The notes beneath the pieces are model-generated. The model had not been told where the DNA came from. It ran no database searches and saw only the letters and a list, made by a program, of their open reading frames with translations. A stretch of 64,000 nucleotides of DNA. Origin: Eutreptiella sp. 'Long Island Sound 2002'. Lineage: Eukaryota; Protista; Euglenida. The position numbers and the translations under genes are program-made. Location of the stretch: positions 32,798,001 to 32,862,000 of the forward strand of contig OZ038378.1 in assembly GCA_964036045.1 (NCBI GenBank), written 5' to 3'. Positions 12,701 through 25,200 of this stretch are shown here, in pieces (position 1 is the first letter of the stretch; each line of letters starts with the position of its first letter).

Positions 12701-15700
12701 TGTGGCGCCTCAAGTTGGGGATGCCGACGGCGAGGCTTCGGTTTGGCCCATGACTTAGGGATACGGAGTGCCATGCTTTGGTGTGGCCCCTTGGGCTAGG
12801 ATTATGGATGCCCACGCTTGGTTGTGGCCGTTTGAGCTGGGGATACGGACTCCCACACTTTGGTTGGGCCCCTCGAATGGGGTTTACAAACTCACACCCT
12901 TTGGTGTGGCATCTTGAGTTTGCGATATGGACTCCCACACCTTGGTGTGGCCCTTGTAGTTGAGGATACCGACTGCCACACTTTTTTGTGCGCCCTCGAG
13001 TAGGGGATGGGAACGACGTCACTTTAGTGTGGCCCTCCAATTGCGGATGCACAATCCCATGCTTTGGCTGGGCATCTTGAGTTCGGGATACGGACTCCCA
13101 TGCTATGGTGTGGCCGTTCAAGTTGGGGATACCCCCTGCCACGCCTCGGGGTGGCCCCTTGAATTAGGGATACGGACTACCACGCTTTGGTGTGGCGTTT
13201 TTATGTGGCCCGTCGAGTTCGCGATATGGACACCCACACTTTGGCGAGGCCCCTCACGTTCGGGATACAAACCCCCAACGTTTGGGCCACCCTCTTTGGT
13301 GGGGGGTGCGGACTCCCATGCTCTGGGGGGGCCCTTTTGGGTTGGGGGTCCGGACTTCCATGCCTCGGCGTGGCCCCTCCCATTGGAGATACAGACTCGC
13401 ACCCTTTGGTGTGGCCCCTTGAGTTGGGGATATGGACCCCCACGTTGTGGTGTGGCCCGTTGAGTTTGGGACACGGACTTCCTGGCTTGGGCACGACCCC
13501 TCAAGTTGGGGGTACCGTCTCCCACGCTTTGGCTTGGCCTATACGGTTGGTGATGTGGACTCCCACACTTTCGTTGGGCCCCACGAATGGGGTTTACAAA
13601 CTCCTACACTTTGGTGTGGCATCTTGAGTTTGCGCTACGGACTCCCACACCTTGGTGTGGCCCCTGTAGTTGGGGATACCGATTGGCACACTTTTTTGTG
13701 GGCCCTCAAGTAGAGATGGGTACGACCTAACTTTAGTGTGGCCCTCCAATTGCGGATGCACAATCCCATGCTTTGGCTTGGCATCTTGAGTTCGGGATAC
13801 GGACTCCCATGCTATGGTGTGGCCGTTCAAGTTGGGGATACCCCGTGCCAGGCCTCGGGGTGGCCCCTTGAATTAGGGATACGGACTACCACGCTTTGGT
13901 GTGGCGTTTTTGTGTGGCCCGTCGAGTTCGCGATATTCAAACCCACACTTTGGCGAGGCCCCTCACGTGCGGGATACAAACCCCCAACGTTTGGGCCACC
14001 CTCTCTGGTGGGGGATGCGGACTCCCATGCTCTGGTGGGGCCCTTTTGGGTTTGGGGTCCGGACTTCCATGCCTCGGCGTGGCCCCTCCCGTTGGAGATA
14101 TAGACTCGCACGCTTTGGTGTGGCCCCTTGAGTTGCGGATATGGACCCCCATGCTGTGGTGCGGCCCCTTGAGTTTGGGACACGGACTTCCACGCTTGGG
14201 CACGGCGCCTCAAGTTGGGGGTACCGTCTCCCACGCTTTGGGTTAGCCTATGCGGTTGGTGATGTGGACTCCCACGCTTTGGCGTGGGCCCTTGACTCAG
14301 GGATACAAACTCCCACACTCCGGCGTGGCCCCGACCTTTTTAGATGTACACTCCCAAATTTTGGCATGGCCCCTCTAGTTGGAGGGAACGGACTACCACA
14401 CTTTGGCATGGCCTTGGAGTTGGGGATATAGATTCACACACTTTTGAGTGGCCCCTTCCGTTCGGGATATACACTCAAGTGCTTTGGCGTGGCCCCTCGT
14501 GTTGGGGATACCAATTCCCACGCTTTGGTGCGGCCCCTTCATATGGGGATGGGAACTTCCACTTTGTGGCGTGGTATCTTGATATGGCCCCTGGAGCTGG
14601 GGATACGGGCTCCCATATGGACTGGCAAGTGTTGGCGCGTCCGTTTCACTTGCGCATGTAGACTCCCACCCTATGGCGTGGCACCTTGAATTGGGGATAT
14701 GAACTCCCGCGCTTTGGCGTGGCACCTTGAGTAGGGGATGAGAAGCCCCCCCCACTTCGGTGTGGCCCCTAGCGTTCACGATATGGACACCCATGCTTTG
14801 CTGTGGCCCCTTTAGTTGGGACGCGGACCCCCACCCTTTGGCCCCGACCCTTGAGTCATGGACACGGACTCCCACACTTTGACGTCGCCCTTGAGTTAGG
14901 AATATGGACTCATATGCATTGGTGTGGCCCCTTGAGTTCGGGACATGGATTCCCACGCTTTAGCCCCACCCCTCGGGTTGGAGATACACACACCCCTGCC
15001 TTGGTGCCGCCCCTTGAGTTGGGGATATGTACTCCCACGCTTTGGCGCGGCCCGTTGAGTTGGGAATATGGCCTCCCGAGCTTTGGTGTGACCCCTCAGG
15101 TTGGGGGAACGGACTCCCACACTTTGGTGTGGCCCCTTGAGTTGGGGATACCGACTCCGGCGCTTTGGAGTGGCACTTTCACTTGGAGATACGGACTTCG
15201 CACTTTGGTGTGCCCCCTTGATTCGGGGATACGGCATTCCACACTTCGGTGTGGCCCTTCGAGTCGGGATACCAACTCCCACACTTCGGTGTGGCACCTT
15301 GACTCGGGGACACCGACTCCCACGCTTCCGTGTGGCCCCTTTAGTCGAGGGTACGGACTCCTACACTTCGGTGTGGCCCCTCCAATGAGCCATACCGATT
15401 CCCAAGCTTTGGCCCGGCCTCTTAGGTGGGTGATACCAACTCCCACGCTTCGGTGTAGCCCCTCCAGTTGGGACTACCAATGCCCACACTTTGGTGTAGC
15501 CCCTTGACTTGGGGATCCGCACTCCCACGCTTTGGTGTGGCCCTGCTACACTGAGGCGAGAGATTCCGTATCCCAAACTCAAGGGGCCGCACCAAAGCTG
15601 GGCAGTCCCTATTCCCAAATCGAGGGTACACACCAAAGCATGGGAGTTGTAATCATGAACTAGAGGGGCCACGCCAAAGCATGGGAGTACGTCTCCCCAA

Positions 15701-16210
15701 CTCAAGGGGCCACACTAAAGCGTGGGAGTTATAAACAGTAACCGGAGGGGCCATGTCAAAGCATGGGAGTCCATGTCCCCAACTCAAGGAGCCACACCAA
15801 AGCCTGTGAGTCCGTATCCCCGACTCAAGGGGGCACGCCAAAGCATGGGGCTCCATATCGCCACCTCTAGGGGTGACACCAAAGAATTGGAGTTTGCATC
15901 CCCAACTTACAGGGCCACCCCAAAGCGTGGGAGTCTTGATCCCAAGTCAAGAGGCCACGCCAAAGCGTGCAAGTCTGCAACCCCAACTCAAGAAGCCACA
16001 CCAAAGCGTGGGACTCCATATTGCCACCTCAAGGGGTCACACCAAAGCATGGGGGCTTGCATCCCCAACTCAGGGGCCGCCCGAAAGCACTCCGGATCCC
16101 CAAGTCAAAGGGCCACGCTAAAGCATGCGAGTCCGTAATCCCAACTCAAGGGGCCACGCCCAAGAGTGCGACTCTGTATCACCAAATCTAGGGGCCACGC
16201 TAAAGTGTGG
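740..16210. repeat. GC-rich satellite, ~41-bp degenerate monomer (consensus ~GGCCCCTTGAGTTGGGGATACGGACTCCCACGCTTTGGTGT) with kb-scale higher-order repeats and alternating orientation blocks
   Basis: 41-bp period, e.g. tttggcgtgg at 5341 and tttggagtgg at 5382. The diagnostic variant gatacg(g/a)aatgtcccgcctca recurs at ~3167, ~8681 and ~12231. Strand flips near 3080, 5945, 6025, 6300, 7797, 11756, 12200 and 15545. Confidence 0.95.
5661..5861 (+). mobile_element. tRNA-derived SINE (~201 bp) inserted in the satellite
   Basis: Pol III A-box TAGTTCAGCGG (5675-5685), B-box GGTTCGAATCC (5718-5728), (CTTTA)-type tail, perfect 13-bp TSD CCTCCGGTTGGGA at 5648-5660 and 5862-5874. An empty paralogous site cctccagttgggactaccaa lies at ~15462. 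Confidence 0.9.
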
Positions 16211-17894
16211 GAAAGAAAGAAGGAAAGAGGAAAGAAAGAACGAGCTTTGTAACCACTGGCGTTCGTCCCTTACAATACCGCGATGGCACTTGAGCCGGGG
16301 AAGAGCTCCGAAAGCATAATCTTCGCTTCCAACCATGACCAACGACATTTGTGTAGTGCCTCGTCTTGCGAATTTGGCGCTAAAAGCATGGATGGTTTGA
16401 TGAAAGGGAAGCAACGTGAACCCCCTACACCTCTTCTGGTGGCAACATAACTCCATACCATCTTGAGCATCACCACAGGGGCTAAACTATTTAACATGTT
16501 TGTTCAACACACGACATTTGTCCCATTTGTCCCCATTTGTCCACATCTGGGAAAGATCAATGTGGCCACAAAATAAGAAGCGGCTGCACAAATCTTGCCT
16601 TCTTGGGGTCAAGGGAAAATAGCAAAAAAAAAAAAAAAGAAGAAGGGGAAAAAAGCCGTGCATTTTGAGTATATAATCAAATGGAGCACAAAAATTTTCT
16701 GGTGCCTGCATCGCCCACCAACTTCTCCATTTTGGGATGTACTATGGTTAGCTCGTTTAAACATTTTGGCCCCCAGGAGGGGGGGGGGGGGGCGGGAGCT
16801 GCACATGGGCGCCCCCCCACCCCCCACCCTGGGCACAAGGACTGCAACTTTAGCCGTGAAATGGCATGACATGAAATGCAATGGCATCTCCTGTAGAGAT
16901 GAAATATACAACACATAGAAACCACACAGGGAAAAGTTGCGCGAAAGGCACGGAGACAATTTTTCCCATTCGCATAGGGGCGAGCTAGGGGGCTTGGGTC
17001 CAGCTGGGACCCCAACCCTTGACTGAGTTATTGTCAGGAACTCTAAGGTCCAGTTGTACTTCGATTACAAAAAAGTATTGAGTTTAAGGAATGGATTCAA
17101 AAATTACTTCTATCCGATCGCATCACGTCCCTTGGACACAACAGGGCACCATTTCCTTCCCTTTGGTTCAAAATCAACTGCATGTCTTGGACACACTTTG
17201 ACGTGTTTTGAACTTACAACCAAACCATGTCTATTGTCTGTAGCATGTGAGATCACGGAAACATTTCGCATAATGCTGCACTCTTTGGATCACCCAATTT
17301 TCCGAAACCAAGTCGCCCCTCCAGAATGTCTCTCGCCCCTCCCTCTGATAAGGTGCATTGCTTCATGGAGCAGATTAGGGTAGATTTATCCCCCACAAGG
17401 CATCAAAAACTTTGCCGTGGCCATTTAAAACCAGACCCACTGAGGGAACAAACATTGTTGGTTCACCCTTTGAAGGCTCGGCATTCAACAAACTAATCTG
17501 GGCCGGCTCCAACGCGATTTGAGGCGGAGGGGCGCGTGCAACCAACCCCAAACAACCACTACCCTGTAACAGCACCCACAACCCCTTGGTTTTGGGATAG
17601 AACTGCTTGAATTCAAAACTCTCATCGCCTCTTCTACGTGCGTGAGTGTCTACGTACAGCTGAACAATAGATAGCAGTCGCCCTCGCCTCAAAGAGGCAC
17701 TAGAATTGGGATAGTCGGCATGAAGTCATGCGTACCCCTTCCCCTTACCTCCCGAGAGACCGGACTCCGGAGCCTAGAAAACCAAGGTCTGCCTAGACCT
17801 GCATGGTCCCAAGCAAGATTTGGAAGCGCGAAACAAATGCCCCAGGTGTTGGTGCTGCAGGTCGCAGGCTAAGCCAGGGTGGATAATGGACCCA

Positions 17895-18045
17895 ACCACA
17901 CTGCCATAGAATGGGGCCATTCTCCACCCACTGCTGTAGTGTAGGGTCTTTGTCCACCCATTGTCAGAGAGTGGGCCCCTTCTCCACCCAGTGCCTTAGA
18001 ATGGGGCCCTGTTCCATCCAATGCTGTAGAGTGAGGCCCTCTTCA
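17895..18045. repeat. ~30-bp minisatellite, about 5 copies, with outlying copies near 18245 and 18490
   Basis: Recurring units like agaatggggccnttctccacccactgc. Confidence 0.7.
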
Positions 18046-18988
18046 TATGCCACCATAAGTGGAGACACCGGGACACCAAGTATGGTGGGCACAACCTGTA
18101 CATCTACTCGCAGTGGTCCCACGACACCATGGGCTGGGGGCTGCATGAACCACGGCCATCAAGGTGGAGCACAGCAGGGGGGCTGAAAAGACTTGTGGAG
18201 GTTGATGTGCCATGATACTATTTTGCCACCACTGCTGTTCATCCAGTGCCAGAGAGTGGGGCCGTTGTCCACCCACTGCCATAGAGACAAGCTCCAACCC
18301 TCAAGAAGATCTGAAGTTCGCATGGATAAGTCCAGATGGACGTCCATACATTGGAAGGCCATCAGCGCCATCGTCTCAGAGCTCTGGCCAATGAGCTCAT
18401 CAAAGTTACTCCTGGATATACAGTCAGCGAGCTCACTTTTGTATCCCCTGTATATGGTGGACACTCAGCCTGAACTGGCTGAGGTAAGTGGGGCCCTTGT
18501 CCACCCATGTAGAATTCTCCACTGGGCCTTGTATCCATAACATGGGTGCAGGATGAGGTGGCCAGGCTGGTGGGAGGGAGGGGCCGCTGTAGGTCAACTT
18601 TTGGACCTCAAATTTATGCAATTTTTTATCAAAATAATACATTTTTTTTGGAGGAAGAGTTTGATTTGTTTGTTTTTTTTTGGCAAAAAACAATTTTCCC
18701 TGGTGGGCTTCATGGCAGTGCTAAATACTTGCAAAGTCCACATTTCGGTGGCACCTTAAAAAACAAAAAACCAAAAGGTCTTGAATCCCAATTCAAGAGT
18801 GAAATAGGGCAACCAGTGCACCCTCAGCAAGGCCTTCTCATGGCGCAGTTCATCTCAACTGTTCAATTCTGATTCACGCTGTATTCTGCCTGTCAGTCCT
18901 CCTGTGCCCCTCTGTGCACCACGTGTAAACATGCGCACAACTCCCTGTCCCCGCTACCGCCACATCTATACAGAGGGCATGAACTGAC

Positions 18989-19206
18989 CTGTTGCTGAAA
19001 ACGCGATGCCTAATGGAGGCGTTCCGAAGCGGGAGCGGCGAGCAAAGGCCTTAGGCAGGAATCCCCGCTCAGACATGCCAAGCAACTGGAAAGCATCAGA
19101 GCTCATCTCGGCCAAGAACTGCCCGACGTTGGAAAGCGCGGCGGAGACCAGTACCCAATATACCAGCAGAGGGCCCCCTACGGCACCAGCAACTTTAGTG
19201 AAATAC
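18989..19206 (-). CDS. Polyamine transporter exon 6
   Basis: Acceptor tgtgcgcag|; YFTKVAG..GG...[17 protein letters not shown]; 218 nt; donor ACAG|GTCAGT. Confidence 0.92.
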
Positions 19207-22200
19207 CTGCGCACAGGGCAGTCATGGAAGCCAAAATGCCGGGGCAGGGGCGGTACCAACCTGTTGACAGTGTCCAGACTGCTTGGGAGCCCGGAAGACT
19301 GGGGGGTGAAGGGGGTGGCCGACGGGGGGGAGGCTGTTAGCCACCAGCCGATCCATAAAAAAAACTCAACCTGGACCGTGGTAGTGGGTGGGACTCGGAC
19401 CCAACTTTTGCCTTAAAAAAGGACCGTGCAACTCCCCCCCCCCCCCCCCCGCCTCGCCCCCAGAGCCCGTTCCCTCCCTCTCAGACACAGGGTTTATGAG
19501 ATGAGGCTGATGCCTTCCAGTTGCGGAAGCACCCCACTGGCACGCGCAACAAAACACAAACAGGGGAAAGAGGCATTGCAGGAAAGCATGGGGCATCCAG
19601 GAGTCCAGGTGGACAGTTCAATCCACGTGTTTCAGTCATATTGCAAGTATCTCTGAAATTTCAATTGGAGTACACACACAAGTAGGACGTGATAAACAGG
19701 CAAAGAGAAGGCGCTGAACGTCAGGAATCTTGCTAGGCCGACCAATCAGTCAAAAAGCAGTCATGACCATTGGCAGCTGGGCGCCTTTTTGGAATTGGAA
19801 GAGGATGAAGGTGTCCAGCCGCTCACACTGAAGCTGCACTACCATGTCGGCAACACTGACAGCCTGAATGGGGTAAAGCTCAGATCAGCGCAGCGTAGCC
19901 CAGCGCAGCCTGCCGTCCTCCCTGTCCTGCCCAGCTCAGCCCTGCATGCCACAGCATGGTCCCTTCCCCCCCCCCCAAAATCCAATTGACCCCCGACGCT
20001 GTAGTCTACTTCACCAGCTTGTTGTTGCCCCCGGTTACCCGGGGGCCACACCGCATTTCCCCACAACAACCTGGAGAGCCCATGCCCTTGGGGGGGGGGG
20101 CACCAGTGCATTGGCCTGTGAATCCATACACGCCCCAAATCCACGTAGAACTCGTACAGGCCCTAAGGTCAAAGACTCTTGTCATATATAGTAGCCATTG
20201 GGGATGGGGAGTGTCCGCGGCGTTGGGTCATGGAATTTGGATGTACCCCAGGATGGGGGGCGCATACGGCCCTGGGGCTTTTGCATTGGCCATCTGCTCC
20301 CTGTGTGGCCTCCCATGGGTGAGTATAGTGCCTCCTGGCTGGTGATGGGTGACCACCAGGGTTTGGGGGGCTCCCGTGCGGTACCACACAGTTTGCAGGA
20401 GTACAATGATTCTTTGAAACCACAATGCATCCATAGTCATCACACCATTCAGCTGTGATACCTTGCAACACGTAGTCATCAGGCAACCGCCACGACGCCG
20501 CATATATCCCACCTTCAGAAAAGGCATGCTTCTGCAACCATCCGTCGACACAGCCCAAGTTGCCCCCCCCCACCCCCCACCCCCCGGCGGAAATCTGTCT
20601 GGTTTGGGAGTCCGGAGGGGCGCGTGAAGAGAGGAATAATAATGGCCAAATTTCAAACCACTTCTAGTACTCCCTTGTTTTGGCAGATTGGTGTAGGAAA
20701 TATATTTTCTTCATGGTTTCAGGGACCCAGAGTTTTGGCAAACCCGTGCGCACAATGCAATTTTCAAACTTTTCATGGACTTTGTCCTCCCTGACCACCA
20801 CACCATACTACCTACCAGTACTTCTACATGCGATTTGCAGCAACATTGAAAGCACAAATAATATTTGGAAATGCGAACCGTTTTTTCGTCCGGTGTCTAG
20901 AACCAGATACATCTTGATATAACCGGTTCATGGAGTTTAAATTTGAAGGAATGTGTTTGGAAGCAAACACTCTGCTATGGGAAACTGACCAAAAAACATC
21001 TAAAATGCACATACACCACGTACATACGCAAACTTATATAAAAAAAATGAGATGCAACAGGGCTACAAACCTAAAAACGTCGAGCAGGCATCTCAAAAAC
21101 ACCGCCCACGGACCCTTGTGGGCAGGTGGGCAGCAGTTTGAAAAAAGGGTGTTTTTTTCCCCGTTTTTTTGGCGTTTGTTTGTGGTTTTTTGGAGGAAAA
21201 TATTGTTTTTGTCCTTCACTATGACCTCAAATGCATTTTCCAGGACAATTAAAAGGTTTTTAAAAGGTTCATAGGATGGTGTCAATCAACAGCTCAACCA
21301 AACAACAACACAAAACAGAAAGAAAACACTGTGTGGCTGATTAGTTGCTTCGGCCTTGTGACCCGAAGTGGCGTTTTCCCACCATTTTCAATCGTTAGTT
21401 TGGTGTGTGCTGCTAGTTGTGCATTGACACATTCATGTATCACGGCATCAAGGTGTTTTTTAGGTGGGTTTACCCAAGGACTGCCGGCTGAACGTTATCA
21501 TCTAGCTCACTGTTATTTCCGTTTGCGTTATTATTTCCTGTTGTGCTCTGGATGGTCACTGTTATTTCCCACCACGGCACGCTTGCGCACTTGAGGCGTA
21601 CCATCTAGCCAAACCTTCTGTAGCCCCATTTGGGGATGGGCTCTACAAGCGAGGCACGACATGACGCCGTTCTCGAAATGCAGCCAGGCGCGGCCCACCT
21701 TCCATTGGGGATTGAACCGGCGCTTGACCTGCTTTTTCCTTGGTCGCGGTGACAGTCGCGGTTTCGGAGCACACACCTTGCAGGCTACCTCCACGCGATA
21801 AGGAACCTACACTGTGCATGCGACATGCACCCGGTGCTTGCATGACTTGCAGGGCCGCATGGCATCCCGTGGTGGGGAGTTGCACACACGACACACACAG
21901 CGGAAGCATTTGGCCCCTTGTGTGCACCATGCATGCACCTGTTGGCCACAGCCGTGGCATGAAACAATGTCGCCGAGGAGCTTCTCCCCACAGCAGCCAC
22001 ATGCCGCCAACTCGGATGCCGGGGTAAAGAATGTCAACACCCTACCGTGGCGTTGTCCGGAATCTGGTGCCATGTCGTTGGAGGTAGCGGGAGGTGAGGG
22101 GACATCCGCATCAGGCGAGGTGGGACAGAACTCCCGGCCATTGCGCGTCTTGGCGTTCTTGGCCGCATGGGAGACTTGGGAAGCGAACAACTCAATACCC

Positions 22201-25200
22201 TGCTCCTTTAGGTGAGCAATGGCGTCGGCAACGGAGGGGAAGTAGGCCCATGCCCCGCCTGCTTCGGGGCGTAGCCACACAGGAGGCATGGACTAACAAA
22301 GGAAGCCTGGAGACAGGGGTGAAACAAAACGCAAATGCATGTGACAACGAACAATACCACGGGACCCTTTTGTTAACTAACAGCCTTCTTATTTGTCAAC
22401 CATTGTTCTCATTAGTGCCCTTGCCACGCACCCATTCATGCACATTTGTTGTTTTGCACTAACTATTCCTTTTGTTAAATAAGACGTGACATTGCAGCAT
22501 GGCGGGATGAAGGAAGGAAGCAGGACAACGCGGGTAAGCTGATGAACCTATTCAGACCGGTGCCAAATGCGAACGAAAAACAACAATGTTGTAAAATTGT
22601 GAAAATTCTAGTTTTCAACAAATGCCGGAAAAGATGGCACATGCGCAAAAACAGTAAAAAAAACACTAAAAAACACCGAAAAACGCCGGGAACCGGGGGG
22701 AAAACGGGGGGGGGGGGGAAACAAAAAAACACCGTTTTTTTTTATTTGACCACGTGGCAGGGCACCTATTAGGAGAGGCCTGACGTCGAGAACACTAGAC
22801 CATCCAATGTAGCGCTAGTGAAGGGAGTACCAAAGTGTTCAACGGTGAACTCACCCCGCAAAGTCAGGCCTCATGAAGAGTAGAAACAAGAGGAAATATG
22901 CAGCTATTTTTTCTGGTGCCATATGCGGGTTGTCCGAACTTGGAACCAAGCCCTCTTCGGTCCAATCCATGCTGCTAGTGCTGGGGACATGCGACACACA
23001 TGCAGGACCCCCTCCTAGCTTACCAATGCCTTGTTTCCTTCCTCAATGCTGCTCAGCGCCACTCGGATTGTCGTGCACTCGGCATCTGGGGTACTCCTCA
23101 TTTTTCGGGTGCACCAAAGGTCTGCTCAAGGCTACCCGCAACTCGGTGTACACTGCAGAACCCTAGATTGGTGAAGTCACCACATACTTCCACGGTAGGT
23201 ATGTGTGTAAGGTCTGATGTCTGATGTCTGATGTGGCATGTGGTGTTTGTGGTGCACACGAGAAGATGTTTGATATGTCTGATACAGGTCTAATGCTAGG
23301 AGGAATGGAAGCCCCCTGCCCCAAAGAAAATGGCATCCTCCCAAAACCAACAAAAGACAAGGTAAAGGAGTTGGGAAACTGCGATATAGGGAAAATGGGG
23401 ACAACTTGGAAAATGGGGGAAATGTTACACAACCAACTCCAGCAAAAATAGGTGAAAAAAAAACCATGGGGTGGTGGTGGGAAAATGAAAAAAGTGGAAA
23501 ATGGGGAAAATGAGAGAGAACAAAACATTGGAAAATTGTAAAACCACCAAAATACAGAATAAACAAGCAAAAAAGCCACTGGAGGGGGAAAGCTAGGGCA
23601 AAAGTGGCAAAAGTGGGAGACCTTCAAAAGCGGGAAAACTCGAAAATACCAAATTCAAACAAGCAAACATGTACAAACACACGACTGCAGCATGAATGAG
23701 TCCATCCATGTCGTCCATGATCCAACCCCCCGAAGAAGGGCAGCATGTCACCATCATCAGCCACTGTTGCATTGTCTTGCTAGCATTGAAGCATGGTAGC
23801 TTCCATAGATTCACGTGCATCCACTTGTTGCGATACCCTGTGCCTTGGACGTACATCAAACCATGCACGTGCTGCCAAATGCCATGCCACTGCCACTCCT
23901 TGTCCCTTTGCCGATTGCTGTAAAGGCGGAAGGTTGGAATGCAATGCGATGCACATGCTAAGGACATGTGTCTCCACAAGGTCCTGCATACTATTGGCGA
24001 ACATCCCACACAACGATATGGCCCGCTCTACAATGGGTTCAGAAAGACAATATGTGCGCAATAGTGCAAGGACACGGCACACATTAACCCGTTGTGCATG
24101 CTCCCTTTCGGGGGCCAAGGCCTCCCACATCTTGGACATCTACACATTGGCAAAGCGCTTCACCATGTGCTCCTTAAGGTCTGCCCACGCTGCCTAGGTG
24201 CGGTCACGATGCGCATGTGCCGCATCCAACTCATCTCGCTGTGACCCCATGTATTGCCGCAGCTGGTCTACACCATATCTGGCACACTCCCTGCTTGGAA
24301 GTTGAAGCAAGCAGCCATTCTCCAACAACACGGCACACTCAAGCAACCCCGTGGGGTCAATTGTTGCCAGTCGCTCCTTGATGCTAGTAAGCAACACATC
24401 AGTTGCTGCACATGCCTGACTGCCAAGAAAAGGAGGGGATGTTGCACACTTCCAGACATCGGCATCGAACCAGACCAACTGCACACCATGCCAAGCACTG
24501 CTCACTGTTTGCTCCTTGAACTCGAACCAACCAAGATCCTCCTCTCGGGATAACTTCCCGCCTAACTTCCCACCCGCGTCCGTAACATGTCTATTGCACT
24601 GGCCAAATGCTCACAAGTGGGGACACGCAGTTGTGCAACATTGCTAAAACACCGCATACCTTGTAGGATGTCCCCCCATGCAAGTAAAGTGGCATCATGG
24701 CAGTCGTCCCACACATCCTCCTCTTTTGTGGAATGTTGCACCTACGAATCCAAATGCCGTGCCACCCAAGGGACATTGGCCAATGAAGCAGTGTTGCAAC
24801 GCGCATTTGCATGAGAACACCGCATGTGTTGACGAGTGGGCACCATTTGCAACCCACTGCATTTGTTGGGCTGCAATTGACCCGAGACACATTTTTGCAA
24901 CTCCTTCCATTGCCGTGCCGCATTGTACAATGCACGTTGTCAATCCATAAGTGCCGGGCACTCAACATGCGTAGGTCAAGTAGCCTACGATGCATGCCCT
25001 AGCTTCCGCTGCAAATGCATGATGCAATGTAGGATGTTGTGGCAAAGGACCTATAACTAACAACCTTCATTGCACCGTTGCTTGATGGGTCGGACAGGCA
25101 ACAAAATCGGATCAAGGAATATGGCATCGTACTCATTTTCCCTGGGACTGGCCCTGGAGGGATGCGTGAAGTGTTCTTTGGTGTGGTTGATGTGGCGTGT

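Noticed and set aside
740-16210. Hundreds of overlapping ORFs (WPLELGIRTPTL-type repeats) and a superficial CRISPR-like regularity
   Set aside because: ORFs occur in all six frames as a by-product of a stop-poor GC-rich monomer. There is no constant repeat with unique spacers and no cas genes.
18159-18464. Candidate exon 7 (SNFDELIG...)
   Set aside because: No phase-1 acceptor gives this frame and no transmembrane character follows.
19740-19870. Acceptor-like cattcag| followed by a short open frame inside intron 5
   Set aside because: Exons 5 and 6 already join seamlessly (WSDG|YF) and the peptide has no permease similarity.
16560-23600. Several G/C-run-rich, A/T-tract MITE-like segments (16.6-17.0, 18.6-18.8, 20.6-21.3, 22.5-22.8 kb)
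   Set aside because: They look like element ends, but I could not pair TIRs or TSDs convincingly by eye.
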